Virus record (IMG/VR): IMGVR_UViG_3300035181_002074
Coordinates: 1-64,000 of that record
Length of the DNA stretch: 64,000 nucleotides
DNA from: a virus
Direction: 5' to 3' (one strand)
Each line of letters begins with the position of its first letter. Within the stretch, counting starts at the first letter, position 1. Under the pieces are notes generated by a model, which was given only the letters and a program-made list of their open reading frames with translations, made no database searches and was not told where the DNA came from. This document shows, in pieces, positions 1 through 11,000 of this stretch. A program made the position numbers and the translations under genes.

Positions 1-788
1 CCCAAGCACTAGAGAAAAAGGGAAGAGCTTTTACAAAATTTGAGCGATCCAGTAATACAGACAAAACAGGCACCGTAACGGATTTTGGTAAAAAAACTGA
101 TGTGAATAATTCATCGTCGGTTAATCAAACTCAGAGAACCATGTTCGGAGAGCTACCTCGTTGGGCTATTGACGAAAGCATGATTAAATCGGTAAGTACT
201 GCTACTAGTGAATCTAAGCGCATCAATTTTGTGCAAGTATGGGGCAAAAATGCTGGCGCGGAATTTAATGGTGCGACCGGTATATCATCTGAAGCAATTA
301 AACAAGGTCAAATGGCAGCTGGTAATTATCGTGCAGATGTTGCAGATATTAAGCGCCATGGATTACGTGCCTCGATCATGACATCACTATTTGATACGCT
401 TGAAAATGGATCTTCTGCAGCCCCTGAATGGGCGAAGCGTCGAGCTGACTGGGAATTTAACGGCCATTTGAAACTCAGTGGCACTATTACATGTATTGGA
501 ATTCAAGAGCCTATTTGTGAAGGTGACAACGTTGAAGTGCGTGGAATCGTATATCATATTGATAGCGTATCACATTCAGCCTCGATATCCTCAAGAGGAG
601 TTAAAACTTTTACTACTACATTACATGTATCAAACGGATTAGTAGCAAAAAGTTTAGAACCAAACAAGCCACCATCGTATGCATGCCATCTGTCTCCAAC
701 TAGATCAGGTCACGAAGCACCGGGCTTTTCCGAAGTTCAAACTAGGCACTCCGATAAAAAAAGAAACAGTAATGGAGACCAATCATAA
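1..788 (+). CDS. 5'-truncated baseplate hub-like protein (gp27/gpD class)
   Basis: Frame is open from position 3 to TAA at 786-788, so the gene begins upstream of the window. C-terminal GTITCIG..P.I..GD.V....YHIDSVSHS pattern and position just before the spike gene fit a hub. Confidence 0.55.
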   Translation, partial: QALEKKGRAFTKFERSSNTDKTGTVTDFGKKTDVNNSSSVNQTQRTMFGELPRWAIDESMIKSVSTATSESKRINFVQVWGKNAGAEFNGATGISSEAIKQGQMAAGNYRADVADIKRHGLRASIMTSLFDTLENGSSAAPEWAKRRADWEFNGHLKLSGTITCIGIQEPICEGDNVEVRGIVYHIDSVSHSASISSRGVKTFTTTLHVSNGLVAKSLEPNKPPSYACHLSPTRSGHEAPGFSEVQTRHSDKKRNSNGDQS

Positions 789-1693
789 TGGCACTCCATG
801 GAATGTATTTTGGTATTATCGAAGAGGTGTACCCACCTAATCATCAGATGAACGCATCAAAGCTTCAGTATGAATACCGCGCTTTGATTACTATTGATGG
901 ACAGGCTCAACTACCGGTTAAATGTATTAAGCTAGACCCATACGGATCAATTCATAATTACGAAGACTCAGTCTTAACTAAGGGCTGCCGTGTATTTGTG
1001 CAATTCCCGCGAGGCGATAAATCTTTGGGTGTTATCATGGGGGGATCGCGATTTAATAATACGGGCACGGATTCAAAAGCTGGTATTATTTACGAACACC
1101 GCTTCAACGAGATCATAGAAACCAATGACTTCAAAGGTTCATGGATGTTGCGATCAACAAGTGGACCATTTATCAAGCTCGAAAAAACTCGTATTTCAAT
1201 TACTGATACTCCAATTAAACAGGATGGAATTCAAAATGCAAACTACCAAGCTACTAACGATGCGGCACAGAGTATCACTACTGATCCGTTTAATGGTCAG
1301 TTCATTGTTTTAGATAAAGCAAAAGGCGAACTATTCATTAACACAAATGAATTAAAAATAATCGTGAATCAAAATGCAGACGTGCATATCCGCAAAGATT
1401 CTAAGGTGGTCATAGATGGCGCTGCAACAATCAATATTACCAAGGATGCTACCGTAAATGTGCAAGGTAATACTAATTTAAATGTGGCGCAAAATGTTGT
1501 GGCAAAAGTTAAAGGTGATCTTAAAGCAGACATTGGCGGACAAGCCACTGTTAAAGCAAAAGAGATTATGCTAAAAAGTGATGGCGCTGGGTTTCCATTA
1601 TCAAGTCTGATTTCTACTATGTCTTCCCCCTTGGTGGATATGATCACTGGTTTACCAGCTGAAGGATTAGATACAATCCAAGGCGGATCATAA
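788..1693 (+). CDS. Baseplate central spike (gp5/gpV-like)
   Basis: N-terminal OB-fold-like region (MYFGIIEEV...GCRVFVQF..GD..LGVIMG) and C-terminal 8-residue beta-helix repeats (VVIDGAAT-INITKDAT-VNVQGNTN-LNVAQNVV). Confidence 0.75.
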   Translation: MALHGMYFGIIEEVYPPNHQMNASKLQYEYRALITIDGQAQLPVKCIKLDPYGSIHNYEDSVLTKGCRVFVQFPRGDKSLGVIMGGSRFNNTGTDSKAGIIYEHRFNEIIETNDFKGSWMLRSTSGPFIKLEKTRISITDTPIKQDGIQNANYQATNDAAQSITTDPFNGQFIVLDKAKGELFINTNELKIIVNQNADVHIRKDSKVVIDGAATINITKDATVNVQGNTNLNVAQNVVAKVKGDLKADIGGQATVKAKEIMLKSDGAGFPLSSLISTMSSPLVDMITGLPAEGLDTIQGGS

Positions 1694-2427
1694 TGCCAGC
1701 TCAACCAGCGGTTCTTGCTGAACTATGCAAGACTAAGATGCATAATGAAATTTTAGCGGTGTATCAGCAACGTCATCCTGATACAGATAAATATCATGGT
1801 CCTTTAAATCAAAGGAACCCGATGTACTTTATTCAATTTGCTAATGCGATTGGCCAAGGTATAGCTCAAGGCACACCATTAGTAAACTTTACAACCTTGG
1901 ATGTTGGGGTCATGGGTACACCACCCGTACCCGGAACCGGTGCCGGAGTTGGAATCGTATTCGATGCAGCCTTTTTTGAACAAACCGCTTACACTCATAT
2001 CCGTAATGCAATGCTGGCAACATTCAGTAAATGTGCCCATGATCCATATCCGCCACGTCTGGAAAATTCTGGAATGTATCTAAAAGCCATGTGCAAAGCC
2101 GTGGGTGAATCCATTGCGGAGCATTATAAGACCGCTTGGATTTTAACCTCTGCTCATCCGCTGATCTATGTCGGTACTGGGAAAATCAATAACGGTATGT
2201 TTTCGGGTATCCAGCAAGATCTCGTCTATCAAAGCATACTATCGCTCGGATTCTTAATGAGGGGTCAAGCTTGGCCAATTATATGTCAAGAAATCGCCAA
2301 AGCTTATAAACTGACCATAGAGACTAAATCGACCGGTCAAGTCACCATCGTGGGTGTTTGTATCCCGTCGATTTATCAACTTTGTATGATTAACAGTACA
2401 GGTGCTGGAACAGGCACTGCCACCTAA
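1693..2427 (+). CDS. Putative baseplate-associated structural protein
   Basis: 244-aa ORF coupled to the spike gene; context only. Confidence 0.45.
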   Translation: MPAQPAVLAELCKTKMHNEILAVYQQRHPDTDKYHGPLNQRNPMYFIQFANAIGQGIAQGTPLVNFTTLDVGVMGTPPVPGTGAGVGIVFDAAFFEQTAYTHIRNAMLATFSKCAHDPYPPRLENSGMYLKAMCKAVGESIAEHYKTAWILTSAHPLIYVGTGKINNGMFSGIQQDLVYQSILSLGFLMRGQAWPIICQEIAKAYKLTIETKSTGQVTIVGVCIPSIYQLCMINSTGAGTGTAT

Positions 2428-2431
2428 TATT
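2423..2431 (+). promoter_or_regulatory. Putative late promoter motif CCTAATATT
   Basis: The same 9-mer precedes seven plus-strand structural/lysis genes. Confidence 0.7.
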
Positions 2432-2456
2432 TTACCATAGAGAATCTCCCCCTACC

Positions 2457-5063
2457 ATGTCACTACCCAATATACCCTCAGTTGGACCTCCAGCTATTCC
2501 AAGCGCATCAAGCATTCTGGATTCATTGAATCCGTTCGCTAATCGTACCGTGAATAATCAAGCATCGGGGACAGGAAAAGATTATGCTATTAATGACAAA
2601 ATCTTTAATAATAGCAGAGATTTAGTTAATTTACTGGCTCCATCCCATCAGTCGCAATTTGATCCATTAGATTTCAGTCGTATATATGGATATAATCTAA
2701 CTATATACGGTGGCGACAGTGTTTCTGTTTTCAATTTCCCCATCCCACCCCAAAATATTTCCATCTCGGTTCCATCCGCCACAGACACGACTGTCACGAT
2801 GAAAGGTATTGTTGAAGATCATAATGGGGCACCGTTACGTCGTATCGCAATACGCGGCACGACTGGCGTACTACCACTTGACCCAATGACGTCTACCAGT
2901 CAAACGACTGGGCCAAATAATCTTTTACAAGCCATGTTTAAAGATACATTTCAATCTGCTGTGCGGGTTGTCAATCAGGCCACACAATTAGTGGAAACAG
3001 TGAAATCTATTTTTGGTGGTGGCAACATAAGTGCCCCACTGAACTGGAAAAACGCTGACATAAGTAAATCCACAACTGGATATGCCATTGCTCATACTAT
3101 GTATCGATTCTTGGATGGCTATCTGGCCATGAAAAAGAGTCACCATAATTCCAGAGTACGTTTATGTTTTGAAATGCATAAAGATAAAATGTATTATGAT
3201 TGCACACTGAACGACTTCAGTATTAATAAGATGCAAGGCTCGCTAGAGTATGAATACACAATCAATTTAACGGCATGGCGTAGACAAGCTGTGCCACCGT
3301 CTGGTGCTACCAATAAATGGGCTAAAGCTACTATTTTAAATACAACCCCCGCGAAAGATCTTAATGCTATTGCTGGAATCACTAAAGCCCTCAGACAAAG
3401 CCGTAAGCTTCTTGCAAGTTCGTTTGGTATTATGTCTGGTATTCGCGGAGATGTGGATACAGTATTTACTCAGCCTCTAAGAGAAGCTATTCTGCTTGGC
3501 GGCGAGGCTTCCGGCGGTTACAATTCATTAGGTGATTTCCCGAAGTCATTGGTTCTTAGTAATCAGTACGGATTAAAGTCCGCGATGGATGCAGCGAAGG
3601 ATCAATCAAAAATGGCTTCGATTAGTCAGTTATTGATTAAAAAGGGTTATTTTTCCAACGACAATAATAAGCCGAACTACGCTAATTTTGCTCCATCCCA
3701 ATCAATTCTAGCTTCGGAATCTCGCGAAGCAAAAGATTCTAATCAGGCAGAATTAAACGGTTACGATAATGATGGTTCCAGTTTCCTGTCTGCATTAAAC
3801 GATCCAGAAGTGTCGATTGAAATGTTAGATGCTTTTACTGTTGATGAAATACCAATGAGTGATGCGCAACAGAAGGCAATATCAGATGAGATTGAGCGTG
3901 TGCAAAATTTAACAGTGGGTGACTGGCGCCTTCGTCGTGATCAAATGGAATCCTTCGCTGCGTCTATATCAGAAGCTTTTGGCGGCGGTAACGCTACATA
4001 TAATCGCATCTATGGACGACAAAATAAAAAAGTTAATAAAAAACTACGCACAGAAGACATCTTATTATTAGCACAAATCAATGACGTTATCTTAGCCATG
4101 AATTCTTTTATTAATGCCTTTGATGAATCCACGTCTACCGGACAAAATGATTATTACAGTTATTACGCTAATTTAGCGAGAGAGAATGGTATCGCGTTTT
4201 CTACTAATCAAAGCAAATTCTATGTTCCGTTTCCATATGGAGCATCCATGGAATCATTGGCAGTGCAGTATCTTGGTCAATCCAGTCGTTGGCTCGAAAT
4301 TGCTGCATTAAATGGCCTTAAAGCTCCATATATAGATGAAGACGGTTTTGATAAATATTTTAAATCAACCGGTTCTGCCAATAGTATTACATTAAATAAT
4401 TCCGAAAACCTTTATATCGGCCAGACCGTATTACTATCGTCTGATATCCAAGTTGGTTCTCCCCGTAAGATTACCGGAATTGATAACGTATCTGAAATCG
4501 CAGCTATAATTACAGTTGATGGAGACAGTAATCTTTCGGATTTTAAATCCAGCGAAAACGCTAAACTGAAGGCTTATATGCCTGACACCGTTAATAGTTT
4601 AAAAATGGTAGCCATTCCATCTGCAAGCGGCACAGGTATTAATAATCGTATTAAAGTCACCCCAACCCCAGCAGACTTAGACCCGATCGCATTAGTGGCG
4701 CAGACTGATTTCTTGCTTCAATCCGATGGAGATCTTGCAATATCATCATCCGGCGAAGTATCTCTCGCAACCGGTTTAACCAATATCATACAAGCAGCTA
4801 ATATTAAAATCCTGACTAGAGCTGGCTCTATCATTAGTGACCCACAATTTGGTAACCCTTTAGCGGCGGGTGACTCTACAGCTGATACCACTGCGGCCAG
4901 CTTACTATCACGTTTATCCGATTTATTTGCCGATGACCCAAGATTTGGACCAGTTTTAGCTGCCAGCGTCAATAAGAAGGGGGTAGCCTGCGAGATCTCT
5001 ATTCTTATTCGGGTCGCTGGAACTGATCTAAACCTTCCTATCGTAGCTGAACTACCGTTATAA
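2457..5063 (+). CDS. Multidomain baseplate protein: tube-initiator-like N-terminus, LysM-like domain, gp25/gpW-like C-terminus
   Basis: FNFPIPPQNISIS...IAIRGTTG (tube-like fold); GASMESLAVQYLGQSSRWLEIAALNGL (LysM/gpX-like); DFLLQSDGDL...G..NIIQA..IKILTRAGS...PQFG (gp25-like). Confidence 0.6.
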   Translation: MSLPNIPSVGPPAIPSASSILDSLNPFANRTVNNQASGTGKDYAINDKIFNNSRDLVNLLAPSHQSQFDPLDFSRIYGYNLTIYGGDSVSVFNFPIPPQNISISVPSATDTTVTMKGIVEDHNGAPLRRIAIRGTTGVLPLDPMTSTSQTTGPNNLLQAMFKDTFQSAVRVVNQATQLVETVKSIFGGGNISAPLNWKNADISKSTTGYAIAHTMYRFLDGYLAMKKSHHNSRVRLCFEMHKDKMYYDCTLNDFSINKMQGSLEYEYTINLTAWRRQAVPPSGATNKWAKATILNTTPAKDLNAIAGITKALRQSRKLLASSFGIMSGIRGDVDTVFTQPLREAILLGGEASGGYNSLGDFPKSLVLSNQYGLKSAMDAAKDQSKMASISQLLIKKGYFSNDNNKPNYANFAPSQSILASESREAKDSNQAELNGYDNDGSSFLSALNDPEVSIEMLDAFTVDEIPMSDAQQKAISDEIERVQNLTVGDWRLRRDQMESFAASISEAFGGGNATYNRIYGRQNKKVNKKLRTEDILLLAQINDVILAMNSFINAFDESTSTGQNDYYSYYANLARENGIAFSTNQSKFYVPFPYGASMESLAVQYLGQSSRWLEIAALNGLKAPYIDEDGFDKYFKSTGSANSITLNNSENLYIGQTVLLSSDIQVGSPRKITGIDNVSEIAAIITVDGDSNLSDFKSSENAKLKAYMPDTVNSLKMVAIPSASGTGINNRIKVTPTPADLDPIALVAQTDFLLQSDGDLAISSSGEVSLATGLTNIIQAANIKILTRAGSIISDPQFGNPLAAGDSTADTTAASLLSRLSDLFADDPRFGPVLAASVNKKGVACEISILIRVAGTDLNLPIVAELPL

Positions 5064-5064
5064 C

Positions 5065-5097
5065 CCTAATATTTTCATTAAGGAAATCCCTCACATG
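5065..5097 (+). promoter_or_regulatory. Late promoter motif plus leader/RBS, near-identical to 24536-24567
   Basis: CCTAATATTTTCATTAAGGAAATCCCTCACATG versus CCTAATATTTTCATTAAGGAATCCCTCACATG. Confidence 0.75.
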
Positions 5098-8000
5098 GCC
5101 GAAACACCAAAGCTTAGAAGCCCCGAAACCATCTATGGCGATTTAGTCGATGGATTCACTTCTCGTGCCCGTAATGTTACAGATCTTAGTAAGCAATCTG
5201 TATTAAATCAATTAATTAAGGCTGTTTCTGAATCTAATTTCAGGGCAGTGGCTGATATTATTCAAAGCATTGATGCTCTCAATATTGATAGAGCTATTGG
5301 TGATGCTTTGCAACGCCTTGCTCGTGACCGTAATGTACCAATCCTTTCTGGTCGTTATTCCTCTGGTCGTGTTGACATCACAGATACGACGTTTACTAAA
5401 ATTGAATCCGCTATCTTTGCCGGTCAACCAGCTCCAATCGGTGGATCACAAGTGATTTACGTAGCCGATGCATCTAAGTTTACCGCTACTGGTAAGCTCT
5501 ATATCGGACGCAATACACCAAACGTGGAAGGTCCATTGGATTATATTTCCATTGCATCCCAAGGCGGCGGAGCCTATTGGGCGATCACTTTGGCTCCTAC
5601 ATCATTGACTACCAAGTATCATAACGTAGGTGAAAAAGTTATTTTTGCTCAAGGCGGAAACCGCTTAATTAATGCAAACGCAGGAGTTCAAACTGCTTCT
5701 GGTTCTAGTGCTGAGCCAATTACTTTTAAAACAACTTCTAATGCCACTATCCAAGATGGTGAAACAACTGTTTACAATGTACCAATCGTTTGCAACCAAA
5801 TCGGTACAGCCGGTAATGTGCCTAAAGGTTCCATCCGTGAAACTGTTTCATTGCCGTTTGATTCAGTAGCTAATAACTCTCAACCGTTTACTAACGGTAT
5901 GGCTCCAGATAATGACGATACATTAAGAGATCGTATTAAAGCTTACGAACAAGCGAAATCTAAAGGTACTGAAGCTGCAATTAAAGTATCCGCGATTGAT
6001 GTAGTATCTGATGATGATCTTAAACGTGTAACTTCTTCAAATGTAATCCGTTATTCGGATTTATCTTCTGCACTGATCTTCGATGATGGAACAGGCTACG
6101 AGTCTATTTTTAATGGCGTTGGTCTAGAAAAAGTAATTGATAAAGCCCTCGGTGGTGAAACTAACTTACAACTAAGACAGTATCCATTAACTCAAGCACG
6201 GGTGATCAACAACGTAGATGGTCCATTTAATATTAATGATGGCGATACCTTAGATATTGATATTCAAGGTGTCCGCAAGTCTCATATCTTCTATTCCACT
6301 GATTTTAAAGTACAAGGAGCAGCAACTGTATCAGAAATTGTTGACTCAATTAATTCTGACCCCAACTTTCATGCTTACGCTACTGGCGCAATAAATACTA
6401 CTCGTATTGCATTGTACCCACGTGAGCGTACACAAAATGAGATCACTGTTAAGAGTCGTTCTACGATTGATGCGAATGTTCATTTAGGTTTTCCAGTTAA
6501 TACTGAGTACACCATTCGTTTATATAAAAATGATATTGCTTTATATCAAGATGGACTAGTGGCAAAAGTTAGTACTAGCCCAAAAGCAAACTGGGTTAAT
6601 ACTATTACTGCCGGAGATACGCTAATTTATTCAGTGGATAACGCTCCAAGCATTACTACGACATTTACCACTGATTCTTTTCAAGCCGTCAGCTTAACAT
6701 CAAGTGTTAGTTCATTTACGTCCATTGAAATTTGGGCAGCTGTAATGAACACATTAATGGCTGGATGCACTGCTACCGTAAATGGTGATGTGATTGAAAT
6801 TAAATCAAACTTAGGACAAGACACTAGAGCTTCTATTTATATTAGCGGTGGAACGATCTATAGTAAAATGTTTCCTGCTAATACAGTATTAGCAGCTACA
6901 GGTAGAAGTTCTGATTTTAATCTCAATATTAATACTGGGCAACTTGAACTAACCGAACCATTGCTTGCTGGCGATTCGATTGCTGCCGGATCTGCGTTCA
7001 CTAGAAGTAAGATATCTACGAATTCTATACCGAATGGCCCAACTTCTGTGGGTAATATGTGGTTAGTATCAGATGGTAACGCTAAAGGCATTGCAACTGG
7101 TTTAAGATTAAACACAACCCTTTATTTTGAGCAATACAATGCAAACCCAGATTTATTACGTCTACGTGGCGTGTCTGCAACTTTAACTCCAGAAGGATTC
7201 ACTAGCGTACAAGTAGGTGACTGGATATTGGTATGGGCTGAAGCGGCTGATGCAATGTTATATCCAACGATGTATGCTAATCGTGGTTACTGGCGCGTAG
7301 AGCAAATTGATAATGGTATCGTAGTTCGTATCGGTGGTAACTTCACTCCTACTTATGGCTTTGAATATGGTCTACCTCTTGATCGTATCGCAGTTGTACG
7401 CAGTACAGCTCCAGTACAACATTTAAATTACCCAGTTAGCACTATTGGCGGCTTCATTAATACTATTAAATCACAAATGGTAGGTATTGATGCGGAAGCA
7501 GTTGGCTCTACTGTACGTATTTCCACACAGACATCTGGATCAGCAGGTGAACTATTTGTGATTGCAGCCGATGCTGGAGCTAGATCTCTTGGTTTTGCGT
7601 CATCTACTATCGTGGATAATATTACTTCACATTATGGTTTTGCAGCGAATCAAGACGCCGAAGCCGGTACTCCTTTATTTACCCACAGTGCTTTTGGTAC
7701 AAAAACTAGCGCAACTGAATTTCAAGAAACAAACTATGTTGCTTTGGGCGGACATCTCGATAACTTCGCAGAGCTGCTTAATAATTACGAAACTAGCCCA
7801 CTACAAGAATTGCCAGATTCTAATAAATCCCGCAGAGTTCTAACTGAGGATTATATTGGTTCGAATGTTACCTTGAAAATTCCTCCGTATATGGCTAACA
7901 CTGAATCACCGATCCAAGCTTCAGATCGATACTTCCTAAGAGAAAGTTATCAATTTGACGCTAACGATCAAGTGACGTTCATTGTGGATGGCGACAATAA

Positions 8001-11000
8001 TACCAAGACTTACAATACTCCAACCTCTAGAAAAATCAAAGTTAATAGTCACAGTACTCCTAGCTTACAAGATTTTTCTGCTTCTGATACTGAATCTACT
8101 TTAGCTCTAGAAGACCCATCATCGTTTAATACTTTTGACTTTACTGATTTCAAAGTATGGCGTAAAGCTGGTATTTTATTGAGTGATGGATCATTATCGA
8201 TTAAATTTAATTCCGCCGATTTCGGTCCTGCCGGTAATTCCTTGCGTGTTGGTTATGTGTATCCAACTAGTCGCACTCAGACTAGTTTATCGTACAATAC
8301 AATCAACAATGAAACAGGCGCCATCGGTATCACATTACCAGTGACGTTAAGCCGTACTGCTAATTGGGATGGAACAACTTCCTTTACGACTGATGTAGTG
8401 ACTACTGGCGGTAGAGATGCTGTAACTTACACTTATCGCGTCGGTACAGCCCCATCTTTAAGTATTGGTGCTGGTGTGACCAATGGCGATATCGCGATGC
8501 TTGACCCAACATCAAATTTCCTATCAAGCAATAAAGATTTTTCAGCGAAAGTATCAGCAGTAACCCCAACAACTTTTACTATCAATAGACCTACTGGAAC
8601 AGCTACTAGTGATAATGTTATCTTTAGTTCCATGATCAATCAAGCAGGCGTTACAACTGTAACTTCAACCACTTCTCATGGCATTACTACTGGTGATCGC
8701 ATCGGTATCTGGAATACTGCAGCAGTTAGCGGTATCACGAAGCCTTTCGAAACCACTTATTTCCCCACAGTAACAAGTCCGAATACTTTTACAATACCAA
8801 CTCCAGTTACTGCCCCAACTGGTACAATCATTAGCACTACCCATGCTGGTAACATTGTGACTGTAACCTCAACTGCCCATGGATTGCAAGCGGGTAATAT
8901 CGTAATTATATCTAACGTGGCAACTGCCGTTAATGGTACTCACCCAGTTTCTAATATTTTAAATGCTAATCAGTTTCAATATGTAGTGATTGGATCAAGC
9001 TCCCCTCCGACCGGTGGACAGTTTGATTTCCAAAGTTATGCCGCAGACGGAACTACTTCACAATCTATTACCAGCGTTACTAAGTCTGGTTACACTGTCA
9101 CAGTTTTCGACAATAATAATCTTGTTACAAACGATCTAGTACAAATTACTGGTGCCGTTTGGGATGCTTACGTTGTGCTCACTACATATGGTATTGGTGA
9201 CATGGTAAGATATTCTGGAATAGATTATGTATCGTTAGTGTCAGGCAATACTAGTAATCAGCCTAACACCTCACCAGCGCAGTGGGCTATTAGCTCACTG
9301 ACCCTCAATGGCAACTATGTTGTTAGCTCAGCTGTCGCTGGTGTAAGTTTCACGTTTACCACTTCATTTGGTGGTAATGGTAGTTCAACTGGCACAGGCA
9401 CCGCAGCAAAGATGACAACTGCTGGTAAACTTGCAAGATCTATTGGTTCCAGCGAAGCGAAATTACAATTTGCACAAGTTCAATCAACAGCACAAGATGT
9501 CCTTACATTTGTAAGCACTAGCATGGCTGGCGTTTTACAAGCGGATCTCGTTACAGGCAGCTTAGGTGATTTAATTAATACATCAACTGCTGACAATGGC
9601 ATCGGTACTAATTACTATTCCGTAACGGCATTAAATATTAGCGGAACAATCTCTAGCAATCTCATTAATATTACAGTAAATGGTAATATTGCAGCAGGTT
9701 CTGATATTATATTGAATTCATCAAGTCATGCTGCGTATAACGATAGTTATGTAGTGTTAGATTCAGTACAATCTGGATTAAATTATATTTTAACGCTCAG
9801 AACAGCTATTAATTCTACGACAACGTTCTCTGCAGCGATGACCGGTGGAACAGTTCGCGGTACGAATGCTTATTCAATGTTTAAAGATGGTGAAAATTGG
9901 GTAAAATCATCTGATTTACAATCTTTACCCACGTTGCCACAATTCTCTCTCAAACGTGCATGGTCTACTGCTCCAGCAATAGACGAAGAAATACGTGTAA
10001 TTGCTACCACCAATGATCATTTAGCTAGATTTTGGAATATTTTAAGCGTGACCGGATTATCTAACGTTGCTACGATCAATAATAGTGAATATGGACGTCA
10101 ATTACAGGTTAGAACCAAAACTTTCGGTGCATCTGGTTCTATTCAAGTAGCCGGTGGTAGTGCAACAGCTGGACAAATTGCTTTAATTGGTGCCGGTAAA
10201 GAACAAGATACGACAACAGGGTCATTTGTGATCCCGTATGAAGCTCGCAAAGGTTTAAATAGCCGTTCATGGGTTAAACTTACACAAACAGTTAGACAAA
10301 ACAAATCACTCGGATTCAGTGGTACGACAGTAATACAAACGTTTAACGATGGATTGCAAATTACTGGCGGTACTGGATCATTCCAAACTTTAAGGGCAAC
10401 GACACAAGCTACCGGCACTACGATCAAAGTAGAGCGTCATGGTGATTATGTGGCCTACATTGGAATCGATGGTGCATCCATGGGATTACTTTCGAATTCT
10501 ACACAATTCGTGCGCGAAGGTGACTGGGTTAAGATTAGAAACACTGTATCTGTGCCATTTACACCATCCAACTGCGGAATCTTCCAAGTTGTGCGTGTAT
10601 TCGGTAACGGTACTTTCTGGATTGAAAATGATTTAGCTGTGGACGAGATTGTTACACTGACGGCTTCTACTGAGATGGCATTTTACAGCTATGATTCGGT
10701 TATGCCGGATGATACGCTGATCATTGCTGGGAACATTTTAGATCCGTTAAACGTAGGTCGTTACTTGGTGATTGATGAAACATCTGCGGGAGCATTTTTC
10801 CCTACCAGTACTAGAATTTATACTAAGCCTATTCCTATTACTCATGCACCAACCGTGCTTGGAGATTCTTTCTTGCAGGTTAACGTTGAAGAGTATAAAC
10901 CACTATCACTGTTGAAGCGCATCGTGACGATTGCCCCATCATCGGCTGGCTACGCTAATGTAATCGTTGATAGCTCAAACTTAATGAATAAAATGTCTTC

